Positions 42,581 through 52,599 of a stretch of DNA of 64,000 nt are shown here, piece after piece. Source of the DNA: a virus; IMG/VR virus record IMGVR_UViG_3300044712_002165, positions 1 through 64,000 of that record. One strand, written 5' to 3'. A program made the position numbers and the translations under genes. The notes under the pieces were generated by a model. It was not told the origin of the DNA. It searched no databases and was given only the letters and a program-made list of their open reading frames with translations. Within the stretch, counting starts at the first letter, position 1; the number at the start of each line of letters is the position of its first letter.

Positions 42581-44531
42581 ACAGCCAGGCGATAGTGGAC
42601 TTGCAGTCCTCTCCTTCTCCGCTCTTCTCGACCTGTAGAAAATACTCGGCGTAGTTGTTTACGGCCGGGTTGTGATCGACGATGAAGATCAGGATTTTTC
42701 GCTCCTGGGCCACGTTGCGAAGGTACGAGTAGAGGCTCTGGCAGACAACCGCGTCCTGATGAGGCACGATCTCGTCGTAGTAGCGAAACCCGACCCGGTT
42801 GGCCACCTGACCGACTTCTCCGAGCGTCTCGGCAATGATGAAGTTGGTCAGCCCGCCCTCACCCTTTGAGTTGAGGCGCGCATCCGCGCTGCCGAGCGCG
42901 TTGTCCACGACCACGTTGAGCTTTGGGCGAGCCTCACCTTCCACCAGAATGCGCTGCGTGCTGAACTGCACGCGCAAAGTGCCGCCGGTCATCAGCGCGG
43001 AAATGCGCCGAGCCTCCTGGTTCAGTGGCCCGAGTGAATCTTCGAGGACTTTGTTGGGAATGCCCGTAGGGCTGAACGCAGTGCACCAGTAGCCAACCAA
43101 GTCCTGGGCCTGCTTTGCTTCTATGACCGCGTGCGCCGCCTCGGCCAGCTTCGTCTCTGCTTCCTCCTGGGCGCGCCTCCGCTCTTCCAAGACAGCTTCC
43201 GCCTTGCGAAGCGCTTCGTCGTTTGCACCTGGGCCTGCCTGGGCTATTTCCAGCTGAGTGCGGTGAATCGCGTCGGCCGCGGCGCGGATAGTGCGCTCAA
43301 GTCCTCTGTACTCTTCGTTCAGTTTGTTTACGGCATGAGCGCTTCCATTGTCGCGCAGCGCTTTGACTTTTTTCTGCTCGTCCTCGCGAAGCGCGACGAG
43401 GTTGTCCTCATGCTCCCTGTACGCCTGCTGGGCGCTGGTATGCTTGCGAAACGCCGTGTCACGCGCTGCCTTGGCTTTGGCCAGGTCTTCCGGGTTGGCT
43501 GCGTCGTCCATCGGGCGTTGGCACGTCGGGCATTGTGCCGGCCGGTTGGCCATCGTCCTGTATGCCTGATCCGCCAGGGCGTAGGCGCTGCTCGCCTTTT
43601 CCTTCGCGTCAACGAGAGCCTGCCTGGCGCTCTCAGCTTCGCGTATGGTGTCGCGAACGCTGTTCAGCTCGATTTCGAGAGCATGCTGGCGTTCGGCCGC
43701 GCTCTCTTCGAGCTTCTTCATTTCGCGCTCGATGGCCGTCTTGCGTGCAGTCGCCGTGTCGATGGCCGTCTGGTGCGCCTTGAGCGTTTCCTGCTTTTGG
43801 CTGATGCGCGCCTTGTGCTCTCGAATCTGTTTTTCGTAAACAGCTTTCGCAGCGGAGACGGCTTCATTCGCCGAGTACACACTTTCCTGCGCCTGGACTA
43901 CAGCGTTCTGCGCGCTGTCGTGCTTGCCCTGCTCAGTCGCGACATCTCGCCGGCACTGCTGGTAGGTTTTCTTGGCGTTTTCGTGATACATGTTCCAGGG
44001 CGGCTGCTTCAGAGCGGACATCACAAGGTTCACTGAATCATTCTGGGCCAAGGCGTGAAAATTCATGTGCTGGCCGTCTACAAAAACGGTCCATGCCGCC
44101 AAATCGGCCGTCATGCCTAGTAGGGCGTCCAGGTCATCACGCGTTTGCGTGATCTTGCCGCGCTCAACCTGTTTGCCGTCGTAGCTGAAGCGAAGGCCCT
44201 CGCCGGTCGTGCTGATTTCCTTGCACCGATACCCAGCTTCGATGATCAACGGCTTACCGTGATAGGTCGCGCTGACCTTGACGTAAGTGTTGCCCTTCTG
44301 ATCGCGACTGGCGTCCTTGAGGTTGCCGAAACGGGTGCGCACTCCGAACATGCAGCGTCCCAGGGCTTCGCCAAAAGCGGTCTTGCCGGAACCGACGCTC
44401 ATGAGCTTGCCGTTTGAGGCTCGGTTGACGCCGCTGACGACAACCAACCCGTACTCCGGAAACTGAACGTGGGCGCTCTCGAATTTTGCCCAGTTCCGCA
44501 TCACAATTCCGTTCAGCTGTAGTTCGCTCAT
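42579..44531 (-). CDS. SbcC/Rad50 (gp46-like) ATPase
   Basis: GSGKT, Q loop, coiled coil with CPTC hook, SKGE signature, YYDE, IVDH. Confidence 0.92.
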   Translation of the reverse strand: MSELQLNGIVMRNWAKFESAHVQFPEYGLVVVSGVNRASNGKLMSVGSGKTAFGEALGRCMFGVRTRFGNLKDASRDQKGNTYVKVSATYHGKPLIIEAGYRCKEISTTGEGLRFSYDGKQVERGKITQTRDDLDALLGMTADLAAWTVFVDGQHMNFHALAQNDSVNLVMSALKQPPWNMYHENAKKTYQQCRRDVATEQGKHDSAQNAVVQAQESVYSANEAVSAAKAVYEKQIREHKARISQKQETLKAHQTAIDTATARKTAIEREMKKLEESAAERQHALEIELNSVRDTIREAESARQALVDAKEKASSAYALADQAYRTMANRPAQCPTCQRPMDDAANPEDLAKAKAARDTAFRKHTSAQQAYREHEDNLVALREDEQKKVKALRDNGSAHAVNKLNEEYRGLERTIRAAADAIHRTQLEIAQAGPGANDEALRKAEAVLEERRRAQEEAETKLAEAAHAVIEAKQAQDLVGYWCTAFSPTGIPNKVLEDSLGPLNQEARRISALMTGGTLRVQFSTQRILVEGEARPKLNVVVDNALGSADARLNSKGEGGLTNFIIAETLGEVGQVANRVGFRYYDEIVPHQDAVVCQSLYSYLRNVAQERKILIFIVDHNPAVNNYAEYFLQVEKSGEGEDCKSTIAWL

Positions 44532-44557
44532 ACCCAAACAGAACGCGTAGTTACTGC

Positions 44558-45181
44558 GTGTGGACGGCAGAACGCATCGCGCACGCTCTTCTTGAATCAA
44601 ACCCCGTGAAGGGGCGCGCTGTCGCGTTCGGTCCTGGCCTACCAGAACACGGTTTTCTGGCGACCACGCACACGATCTCCGATTTTCTCGTCGAGCGCGG
44701 CGTTGCCAGGGATCGAGCCGACGTGCTCAAGCGCTTCACGATTTTCTTCGTGAACAACAACGTCGAGCTGGCGCTGGCTGGAAATCCGAAAAACAGGTTC
44801 AGCCAGGATCAGCTGAAGACACTGGAATTTGCGCTTGGCTTTGAAGGCGTGGAAAATGTTTACGGACCAAACAACACGATCATCCCTGTGGCTTCGCTGT
44901 TCGTAGACAAAAAGACGGCGAAGCCTACGAAGGTGAAGGGTCCGTACACTGGAATTCAATTTGATCTGACGGCGCTTCCTCCCAAGATTGTTTCGGTCGC
45001 TGGGCCGGCATATCGTGCAAACCTGCGACCCGGTGACCAGATCACGCACGTTGCTGGAGAAAACGTCGCTGAAGAAGGCGCTCTGGTTGATGCGCTGAAC
45101 AAGCTCAAGTCCAGCAGACCCGCCGAACTTGTCGTGCGCAGGCGCGGAACACCTTATCGTACCCGGTTGATCCCGGCCTGA
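44558..45181 (+). CDS. PDZ-domain protein with N-terminal LLE tag
   Basis: AERIAHALLES; TGIQF..IVSV.GPAYRANLRPGDQITHV.G. Confidence 0.75.
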   Translation: MWTAERIAHALLESNPVKGRAVAFGPGLPEHGFLATTHTISDFLVERGVARDRADVLKRFTIFFVNNNVELALAGNPKNRFSQDQLKTLEFALGFEGVENVYGPNNTIIPVASLFVDKKTAKPTKVKGPYTGIQFDLTALPPKIVSVAGPAYRANLRPGDQITHVAGENVAEEGALVDALNKLKSSRPAELVVRRRGTPYRTRLIPA

Positions 45182-45184
45182 CGT

Positions 45185-46594
45185 ATGCCCAGGCTTACTT
45201 TCGACAGACTGTTTCAGGTGAGCGACCCGAAGCGCGTCACGCGCTCGTTCGACGTGAAGGGTCCGCCGCTGGACATCGACGCTTACCGGGACTCAGTCTA
45301 CTACGCGTTCAACTTCAAGTCGCACATCACCAACACGACGGGTTTGCGCCATCGTGGCTACGTGAAGTTCTTTCGGCCGCGTAGCAACGTTCCGACCCCT
45401 CTTCAGCACCTTCCGTGCATCGTTGACTGCACGTGCCCCGATTACCGCTACCGGTGGGCCTGGGCCAACAAGCAGCGCGGTTCCGGCGTTGTTGGCCCGC
45501 GCAGCATGAATCAGTCGCTGAATCGTGCTCCGCGCATCACCAATCCACAGGCGCGTCCTGGACTTTGTAAACACATTCTCGCTGTCCGGGACTACATCTA
45601 CGGCCTACTCAGCAGGTTTGAGGGTGACGAGCCCGATACTTCTTACAAGCTCGACAAACTGCTGAAGTACGCCAGCAAGCGCTGGGCTGATTTTCCTGGC
45701 CAGATGGCCGCAGCACGCGAGCGTGAAGCTTTGTTCCGCAGGAATGCGCAGCGACGCAACGTGGCCGGTCCTCCGCCAGTTCCTGCTCCCGAGCCCGCCG
45801 CACCCGCAGAGGTGCCGGGTGAGGCTCCTGAATTGCCGCCTGAAGTAGAGCTGCCTGTTCCGCCCGTACCGCAGCAGCCACAGGCACAGCCTCCGTTGGC
45901 CGTTCCTCCGGAGGAGCGTCGTAGACAACGTGAGTGGCCTGGTCAACCGCCAGTTCCCTCGCTTCCTGCTGGTCCACAAAAAGCGAAAAGCAGAGTGGCC
46001 ACAGGCGGATACGACACTGAGGCGGAGAGACGGTTTAACCGGTACGGCGAAAGTGCGAACGTAGTTATCGCGAACAGTGGACCTGACATGAACGACCTCC
46101 AAAACGCCATCAAGCTGGTTGAGGAGCTGGCGGATGAAACCGAGCAGATGATCACGCTCGACGCACCTGATGCCGTCGGAGACGATGCGATCTCTGGTGC
46201 GGTTGCGTCTCCAGACCTTCCGCCAAGCGAACCCCCGATCAGTGACACCGCGCTCGGTGCTGACACCGAAGGTGAAACGGCTCTGAGCCTGTTGAGCCAG
46301 ATGCGCGACAGTCTCCAGCAGTTGGCGCAAGCTCTCGCGCCGGCTCCTGAGCTGGAACCTGGCGCAGAAGGTGGCGCAGGTCCTGGCGCAGGTGGCGCAC
46401 TGCCCGCGGAAATTTCCGGAGGCGAGGACGACCTCGGAGTTCCGGACCTCGCCGACGATGCTTTTGGTGCCGAGGAGGGCGCTGGTGGTGAAGGCGAGAG
46501 CGAAGCCGAGGGCGGTGAAGAGGGCGGTGAGGAAGCCGAGGACGACGACGAAGAGGACGAAGGTTCCAATCGGCGTCCTGTGGGCGAGGAGTAA
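45185..46594 (+). CDS. SWIM-like Zn-finger protein with Pro-rich linker and acidic tail
   Basis: CTCPD...LCKH. Confidence 0.75.
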   Translation: MPRLTFDRLFQVSDPKRVTRSFDVKGPPLDIDAYRDSVYYAFNFKSHITNTTGLRHRGYVKFFRPRSNVPTPLQHLPCIVDCTCPDYRYRWAWANKQRGSGVVGPRSMNQSLNRAPRITNPQARPGLCKHILAVRDYIYGLLSRFEGDEPDTSYKLDKLLKYASKRWADFPGQMAAAREREALFRRNAQRRNVAGPPPVPAPEPAAPAEVPGEAPELPPEVELPVPPVPQQPQAQPPLAVPPEERRRQREWPGQPPVPSLPAGPQKAKSRVATGGYDTEAERRFNRYGESANVVIANSGPDMNDLQNAIKLVEELADETEQMITLDAPDAVGDDAISGAVASPDLPPSEPPISDTALGADTEGETALSLLSQMRDSLQQLAQALAPAPELEPGAEGGAGPGAGGALPAEISGGEDDLGVPDLADDAFGAEEGAGGEGESEAEGGEEGGEEAEDDDEEDEGSNRRPVGEE

Positions 46595-46623
46595 ACGGCA
46601 ACGCGTAGCCAACGACTAGACCC

Positions 46624-47073
46624 ATGAACGCAGGCGAATATCCACAGCCTCTGGTCCGCAAGACCGTTGTTCAGTGCCCGGTCGTGTCTGGTTACGTGGC
46701 GGCTCGGCTTTACTCCCAGAGCTTCGTTGCTCCAACGATTTCGGGCGCAAATACGACGGCACTGGCGGTGTTCGAGAACGTTGGCAACACGCAATTCAGC
46801 GTGCTGCTGCGTGAGACGGACGACCGGTCCTCGTCGGGTGTTCGGTACAACCTGACATCGGCAGTGTCCCTGGCCCCTGGCGGTCAGGACACGAAGACGT
46901 TTGTCGGGCGGCGACCGTACCTCGAAGTCTACTGCACTGGAACGACGACAGGTCAGCTGCGGCTTCAGATCGACTCGCAGCGCACCTGGAATCAGCTCGG
47001 GTTCGACCGAACCGATCCGTACTACCCGGCACGGCTGTATCAGGGCAAGACAAGCCCAGGTGCCATCACCTGA
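46624..47073 (+). CDS. Probable virion structural protein
   Basis: Beta-rich 149 aa ORF in structural region. Confidence 0.65.
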   Translation: MNAGEYPQPLVRKTVVQCPVVSGYVAARLYSQSFVAPTISGANTTALAVFENVGNTQFSVLLRETDDRSSSGVRYNLTSAVSLAPGGQDTKTFVGRRPYLEVYCTGTTTGQLRLQIDSQRTWNQLGFDRTDPYYPARLYQGKTSPGAIT

Positions 47074-47077
47074 GCCC

Positions 47078-48382
47078 TTACGCAGGTCCTCTGTTTGCGT
47101 CCGACAGGATCGTGAAGGTCCTGTCGGACGTTTGCTTTCCGGCACCGCTGCGCGTCTGGCTGCTCGTCACGGCAGGAATGTTTACGTCCTGTCCAGGTGC
47201 TTCCAGGACAGGGATGAGCTTGTTCTCGTCTCCAACCGTCGTTTGGACGACAGGAAGTCGCCCGGTTTCTCCGCGCTGAAGAGCCAAAGCCGTCGTAGCA
47301 CGTCCGTTTACAATGCTGACGGATGTTCTGCTCACCAGATAAAATCCAGAAGCCGCTTCGCTGCGACTCGATGGTGTGATGTCGATGTTGAGCAGGCAGC
47401 CAGCCCGAATGTTTGTCATCCGGGGCAGCGTAAAATCAGCCCTGAAAGCGCTGATGCGCGCTAAATCGTAAACAGATTGCGCGATAGCGACGCACTCCTT
47501 GTCGCCGTTTGCTCCAGAGTGATACGGCACATTGTACTGGCTCTGCGCGACGTTGAGGTTGTGCGCGACGGTGGCGTACCTTAGTGCTTTCGACGGATCG
47601 CTGCTGATCTCGTTGGAATTTCCAGTGTACGGATCGTACCGGACAATGCGCGTTCCGCCAATGCCGCCTTCGTAGAGCTTCTGCGTGTGGTCTACGAGCG
47701 CCAGATTCAGCCCTCCGGCGTTGTAGTAGTTGGCGTAAAGCGGGCGTGTGCTGTAGTCGGGCGTGTGGAAGTGCAGCGCATCGTCCTGGTAGAAAAACAG
47801 GTAGTTGCCGAAGCCCTTTTTGTTTACGGACCTTCGCAACAGGCGCTGCATGACGAATTCCGTGTCGCCCTCGAACGCCTGATAGTAGACGCCTTCGGTG
47901 TCTGTCTCCTCGATAACCGTGTTCTCGATGCCGTTTTCGCTGGCGATCTGAGCAACGATGCTGCTGATCTTTCCCTTTCGGCAGACGACCTTGGATTGCC
48001 TGTTCCAGGCGTAGAGCGGGTCGTTGGAAACGATGTGCAGAATGTGGCCCGCGGCTTCTCCAACGCCAACGGGTAGCGCAGAAAACGACGTGAGAAGGTG
48101 CTGAGACCACGGCATCCAGTTCGTCGTTTTTTCAGCATTGATGCCGTACCGAAAGCGCACGATAGGCGTCGGCTGTGCCAGCGTCAGCCTCAGGATGCTG
48201 TCCACGATGTCGAGCCGCTGCGTGATGAACTGATGCTCGAAAAGCGCAGGCTCGAAAACGGATTCGGTCAGCGTGCTCGATTTGTGCGCAGCCACGGAGG
48301 CGTCGAGGACGATAGGCTTGTCGTCCGTGCTGAATTGGAATTGGACGACAACAACGCCGTCGTAAAAGCTGGCTGCATCCAT
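47078..48382 (-). CDS. Baseplate hub / tail protein (gp27/GpD-like)
   Basis: GKISSIV.QIA, Q..E.D.EFV..L, SGFYLV. Confidence 0.7.
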   Translation of the reverse strand: MDAASFYDGVVVVQFQFSTDDKPIVLDASVAAHKSSTLTESVFEPALFEHQFITQRLDIVDSILRLTLAQPTPIVRFRYGINAEKTTNWMPWSQHLLTSFSALPVGVGEAAGHILHIVSNDPLYAWNRQSKVVCRKGKISSIVAQIASENGIENTVIEETDTEGVYYQAFEGDTEFVMQRLLRRSVNKKGFGNYLFFYQDDALHFHTPDYSTRPLYANYYNAGGLNLALVDHTQKLYEGGIGGTRIVRYDPYTGNSNEISSDPSKALRYATVAHNLNVAQSQYNVPYHSGANGDKECVAIAQSVYDLARISAFRADFTLPRMTNIRAGCLLNIDITPSSRSEAASGFYLVSRTSVSIVNGRATTALALQRGETGRLPVVQTTVGDENKLIPVLEAPGQDVNIPAVTSSQTRSGAGKQTSDRTFTILSDANRGPA

Positions 48383-48385
48383 AGG

Positions 48386-48682
48386 TCAGGTTTCGTCTAC
48401 GGCGCTGAACGCCCGTTCCACTGCTTCCAGAGCTTCAGCAGCGAGCACCAGCTCGTGCAGCTCAACCGACGCTTCTTCGGGGTACCCGAGTGCTTCGTGA
48501 AACTGCTCAACCGTCAAGCGCGAGTGAAAAACAACGGCGCATTCCTCAGGTGTCAGTGTAAACGAAAACTGAGGTTTGCTCGACTCCACTGTTGCATAGG
48601 ACTCCTGCGTCGAACCCACGGAAGATTCTGAGATTTCCGCGATGAGATCGTCGATGAGCGCCTGAACTGCTGCGGGTTTCAT
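48386..48682 (-). CDS. Acidic hypothetical protein
   Basis: Coupled to hub gene. Confidence 0.6.
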   Translation of the reverse strand: MKPAAVQALIDDLIAEISESSVGSTQESYATVESSKPQFSFTLTPEECAVVFHSRLTVEQFHEALGYPEEASVELHELVLAAEALEAVERAFSAVDET

Positions 48683-48698
48683 CTGGAATAGTTACGGC

Positions 48699-49253
48699 GT
48701 GAAGTTTTCCGAACGACGCGAGTACCTGTACGATCAGGAGCTGTTTGGGCGTCCTGACGTACGGACGGCTTTGACCATCGCAGCCGAGTATACCCGCATG
48801 CACACGCCAAAGAACCCGATGCCTACCGTTCTGGAGGTGGATCGGCGTTCGGAAAAGATCGACCCTCTCTGGCACGTGTCGTTGGATGAGCGAACGGTGT
48901 TTTCGCGTCAGTTTGAGATTCCGTCGCTGGTGAAGTCGCGCCAGCTCAACGTCAACTACACGCGGGTCGGTCTGGTGCCGCAGCAGATGTGCCGTTTCTG
49001 GTTTTCAAACCTCGATCTCCAGGACAAGGACTGGTTCCCCATGCGCGGAGACATGGTGATTTTCAACGGCTACCGCAATCTGATCGTAAACGTTGTGCTC
49101 GAACCTGACCAATTTTGGCAGCAGACCAACGTGTGGCTCAGCCTGGCATGCGACACCATCATTCCGGCGGAGGGCGATGCGCGGCCCGTGGTCAACGCCA
49201 GCACGACAGTTCCACGTGAGCGCTACCAGACCCGACCGATGCCTGAGGTATGA
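48699..49253 (+). CDS. Head closure / neck protein (tentative)
   Basis: TAGTTA-N4-GTG; P.RGD.VIFNG pattern; position before tail completion gene. Confidence 0.55.
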   Translation: MKFSERREYLYDQELFGRPDVRTALTIAAEYTRMHTPKNPMPTVLEVDRRSEKIDPLWHVSLDERTVFSRQFEIPSLVKSRQLNVNYTRVGLVPQQMCRFWFSNLDLQDKDWFPMRGDMVIFNGYRNLIVNVVLEPDQFWQQTNVWLSLACDTIIPAEGDARPVVNASTTVPRERYQTRPMPEV

Positions 49254-49588
49254 ACCTGGTGGCTGAATTCGAGGCCGCGGTTTCGAGCGATCTACACGGC
49301 ATCCTTGAGGCCGGTCGAGCGCGGTTGCCAGCGGCGCTTGAGGTGCACCTTCGCGCTGTTCGTAAACGGGCGGACGCCAACCATGAGGCCGAAATCGTAG
49401 CTTATCGTCCGAAGTTGAAGCAGTTGGCGGAGAAACTATCTGTTGGATTCGCTGGCGGTGCCATCGTATTTAGGGCACAGGGGTCCGCAGAGCAGGTGCT
49501 CAAAGAACTGCGATACGGTTCACCTTGGTTTGAAGGCAGCGACAACATCACCGAAATCATTCTAGCCGGGCTCGACTCCGGTAGGTAG
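49250..49588 (+). CDS. Hypothetical protein
   Basis: ATGA-coupled ORF. Confidence 0.6.
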   Translation: MNLVAEFEAAVSSDLHGILEAGRARLPAALEVHLRAVRKRADANHEAEIVAYRPKLKQLAEKLSVGFAGGAIVFRAQGSAEQVLKELRYGSPWFEGSDNITEIILAGLDSGR

Positions 49589-49592
49589 CAAC

Positions 49593-49853
49593 ATGAAAGA
49601 CCTAAAGCTCGTCATCAACGAAACCGTCGAGCGTGGCGGTAAGAACTTCGTGCGCGAGGCCGTAAACCGAATCCTCAGTGAGGACATCTCCACCGGCCAG
49701 ACCGTCGCCGTTGTTGATGATCCGATCTCCGGGTACAGCGGGGCAAAGGGCAAAGTTCGGGCCATCTCGGACAGCAATCCCGGCTTCGCCGAAGTGGAGC
49801 TGGAGAACGGCACGAAGGTTCAGATGCAGACCTCGCTCCTGGTTCCCGTCTGA
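49593..49853 (+). CDS. KOW/SH3-like small protein with leader tag
   Basis: VREAVNRILSED, then GQTVAVV...YSGAKGKV. Confidence 0.7.
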   Translation: MKDLKLVINETVERGGKNFVREAVNRILSEDISTGQTVAVVDDPISGYSGAKGKVRAISDSNPGFAEVELENGTKVQMQTSLLVPV

Positions 49854-49889
49854 TCACCCCATCTTCAGCTTGTCGGCCATAGTTAGGTC

Positions 49890-52007
49890 ATGGCTGACGG
49901 CACGCTCACTGCAAGGGCCGGTTCGCTGGGAGGCGCGTCGATGCGCTACCACGAACTGGCCCTTCAGCGTTGGTTGAACTCGTGGGCAATCGTTCGGGAG
50001 GGGTACCCCGTTCCGGTTGTTTACACGAGTCCGATGGATGCGTTCGCGCACTTCCGCGAGCTGTGGGCGCAGGCCAACAATCCGTTCGAGTACCTTCTCA
50101 GCCTCAAGGACAGCACCGGCCGTCCGCTCTACGAGCCTCACCCTTCACCGATGCGCTATCCGGTGATCTCGGTGCACCGCCGCGGCTGGAATTACCGGAC
50201 CTCTCAGAACTTCTCGATTCACCGTTGGCGGCACCTCAACTGGCCTACCGTAAGCGATGACGGCCCGCCTATTCCTGGCAAGGAGCAGCTCGGTACAGGG
50301 CTGACGCGGCGCGATCTTGGTGAGGTGATGACGGCCCGCCGTCCGATGGCTTGGGACTACCGGTTTCAGATCGACCACTTCTGCAACAGGCCGGACACGC
50401 AGGCGTTTTTCATCGAGCAGTTCATGCAGCAGATGTGGCGCACGGGCGGTGTGCCGCAGACCTGGATCACCGTTCCGTACCCTGGATACGGCGACATGCT
50501 GGTGCGGCTTTACCTCGAAGGGAACATCGAAAACATGACCCCCGAGGAGGTACCGGAGGGTCGCTACGTGGAATTTCGCACGACGCTTTCGGTCGTCCTT
50601 GAAGGTTTTGACGTAGACCTGCGCTACAAGATTTTTCCGGCACTGTGGAATGTTGTCATTGGGTCAGGATCGGTTGATCCGGAAACACTGCAAATCGCGT
50701 TTACAGAAGACTTGCGCGAGAATGCCGCCAATCCGACACTGGACAGCCGAACGCCTCCACCAAGTGCCGAGTCTGAGGCCACCTGGCGGCGCGAGCGCGA
50801 AGTTGAGCCGGTTACTCTCGACGTTTCGGACTCGTGGTCAACTGCCGGCGTGCTTCTGCCAGTGAGCTTCAACGCTTCTGCCAGCTGGGACGTTGATCTC
50901 AACACCCCTGTCGATTTTGACGCCGTTGCCGCGTGGGACGTGGCGCTGAATACGGAAATCGTTTCCGAGGATGCTGAAGCGGTTTGGGATGTCGAAAGTG
51001 ACATCGGACCTTGGACGCCGACGCTGTTTGATGTCGATACGCGCAACGCCAACGGAATGGGCAGCTGGGGTCCTGGAATGGATAGCGGCAACGGCCAGCT
51101 TTGGGTTTCGCACAACTCGTCGCAGTCCACTGGTTACTATGGCGGTAAACAGGTCGGCTATGCTGTACTGCCGAACAACGATCTTCAGGAAGTCGATGGT
51201 TCATCGACAACACCTTTGGACGACTATCTGACGTGCCTTTGGTTCGATCCTACGCAAGAAATGTATACGCGTAGGCGCAACTTTCTCACCATCTTCAATC
51301 CCGACGGAACTCAGTCGTTTCCTGAAATCGCACTTGGCATCAACCCGTCCCCAGGTTGCTGGGGCCTGACGTGCAATTCGACGCACATTTTTGGTGCCCG
51401 CGGTCAAGGCGGCACTGGTGCCGTTTACAAAGTTGACGCCAATACACGCACCATCATCGCTGAGACATCCAGCGTTGCTGGACTCGCCCTCATCGCAGGT
51501 GGCATCACCTACGTGGCGGATACGGACCGGGTCTACGCGTGCGGATCGCAGGCGGGAGGTAAAATCGCCTGCATCAACCCGGCTACGTGCGCCATCACAG
51601 GGTACATCGACGACAGCGCCATTTCTGGTCAGCAGTACCTGCGCCTTGCCTATTGCGCAGCCACGCAGCGCCTGTTCGCCACCACGTCGAATCAGTCCAA
51701 AATCTACGTGTTCGCGTTGACTGGTGGTTCTGGCGGCGTTGGCGTGTGGGAAGCCACCATCGATACCGGTACGTCTCTGATGTACCCGATCATCTACGAC
51801 GCCGAGTTCGAGAGGATCATCACTGCCGAGTACAACGGTGTCGGCAACGGTCGGCTCCTGGTGATCGATCCGCAAACGCTCACATTCGAGCGCGACATAA
51901 CGCATCCTGAAATCCAGGCGTCGTGGGATTTGCACATTCTGCCGAACGGGGTCTGCTACCTCTTCCAGAACTACCCTGGGAAAATCGTTCGTTTTGCCCG
52001 TACTTAG
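49890..52007 (+). CDS. Tail completion (gp15-like) domain fused to beta-propeller
   Basis: YPVISV, PMAWDYRFQID N-terminal domain; YncE-like repeats (VYKVDA, IACINP, LLVIDP). Confidence 0.6.
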   Translation: MADGTLTARAGSLGGASMRYHELALQRWLNSWAIVREGYPVPVVYTSPMDAFAHFRELWAQANNPFEYLLSLKDSTGRPLYEPHPSPMRYPVISVHRRGWNYRTSQNFSIHRWRHLNWPTVSDDGPPIPGKEQLGTGLTRRDLGEVMTARRPMAWDYRFQIDHFCNRPDTQAFFIEQFMQQMWRTGGVPQTWITVPYPGYGDMLVRLYLEGNIENMTPEEVPEGRYVEFRTTLSVVLEGFDVDLRYKIFPALWNVVIGSGSVDPETLQIAFTEDLRENAANPTLDSRTPPPSAESEATWRREREVEPVTLDVSDSWSTAGVLLPVSFNASASWDVDLNTPVDFDAVAAWDVALNTEIVSEDAEAVWDVESDIGPWTPTLFDVDTRNANGMGSWGPGMDSGNGQLWVSHNSSQSTGYYGGKQVGYAVLPNNDLQEVDGSSTTPLDDYLTCLWFDPTQEMYTRRRNFLTIFNPDGTQSFPEIALGINPSPGCWGLTCNSTHIFGARGQGGTGAVYKVDANTRTIIAETSSVAGLALIAGGITYVADTDRVYACGSQAGGKIACINPATCAITGYIDDSAISGQQYLRLAYCAATQRLFATTSNQSKIYVFALTGGSGGVGVWEATIDTGTSLMYPIIYDAEFERIITAEYNGVGNGRLLVIDPQTLTFERDITHPEIQASWDLHILPNGVCYLFQNYPGKIVRFART

Positions 52008-52010
52008 GCT

Positions 52011-52547
52011 ATGGGAGTCGAACTCGTTCAGTGGCGGTATTCGACGACAGCTGGAAGCGCCGGAAATTCCGAGGCGCAGGCTGATCCGAATGCTGCTCTC
52101 GGCAAATACATGTCCACGACGGCGTGGAGCGGAAGTTCCGTAAACAATCTGTTCGACAACCAGATGACCGGCGATCAGCTCGCCGGTACGCAGGACTACC
52201 GCTGCGTCTTCGCTGCCAACTTCAACGGAACGCTGTCGCTGTACAACGCCATCGCGTATCTGCCGGGGCCGTACCCAAGCCAATCCACCATCGCCGTAGG
52301 AGCCGACCCTGCCGGCGTCGTGGCTGTGAATTCTGGCACGGCCCAGGCTGTGCAGATCGGCACCGAAGTGTCGGCTCCTGCCGGCGTTACCTTTTCGTCT
52401 CCGACCACGCCTGCCAGTGCGATTGTGGTCGGAAACCTCACGCCAAACACATGTCGGGCCATCTGGTTGCGTCGAACGCCAACCGGTGCGGTGGCCGCGT
52501 CTGGAGAGACCGTAACGGTTCGGCTCTACGGCACGTTGGCTCCGTAG
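52011..52547 (+). CDS. Virion structural protein
   Basis: LG.Y.S...NNLFD...DYRC.F..N, AIWLRR; TACTTA-N4-ATG. Confidence 0.7.
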   Translation: MGVELVQWRYSTTAGSAGNSEAQADPNAALGKYMSTTAWSGSSVNNLFDNQMTGDQLAGTQDYRCVFAANFNGTLSLYNAIAYLPGPYPSQSTIAVGADPAGVVAVNSGTAQAVQIGTEVSAPAGVTFSSPTTPASAIVVGNLTPNTCRAIWLRRTPTGAVAASGETVTVRLYGTLAP

Positions 52548-52599
52548 TTAGGGCAACCGATGAGACTGGTGCGACTGAAACCGTAAGCGAGAACGACCT

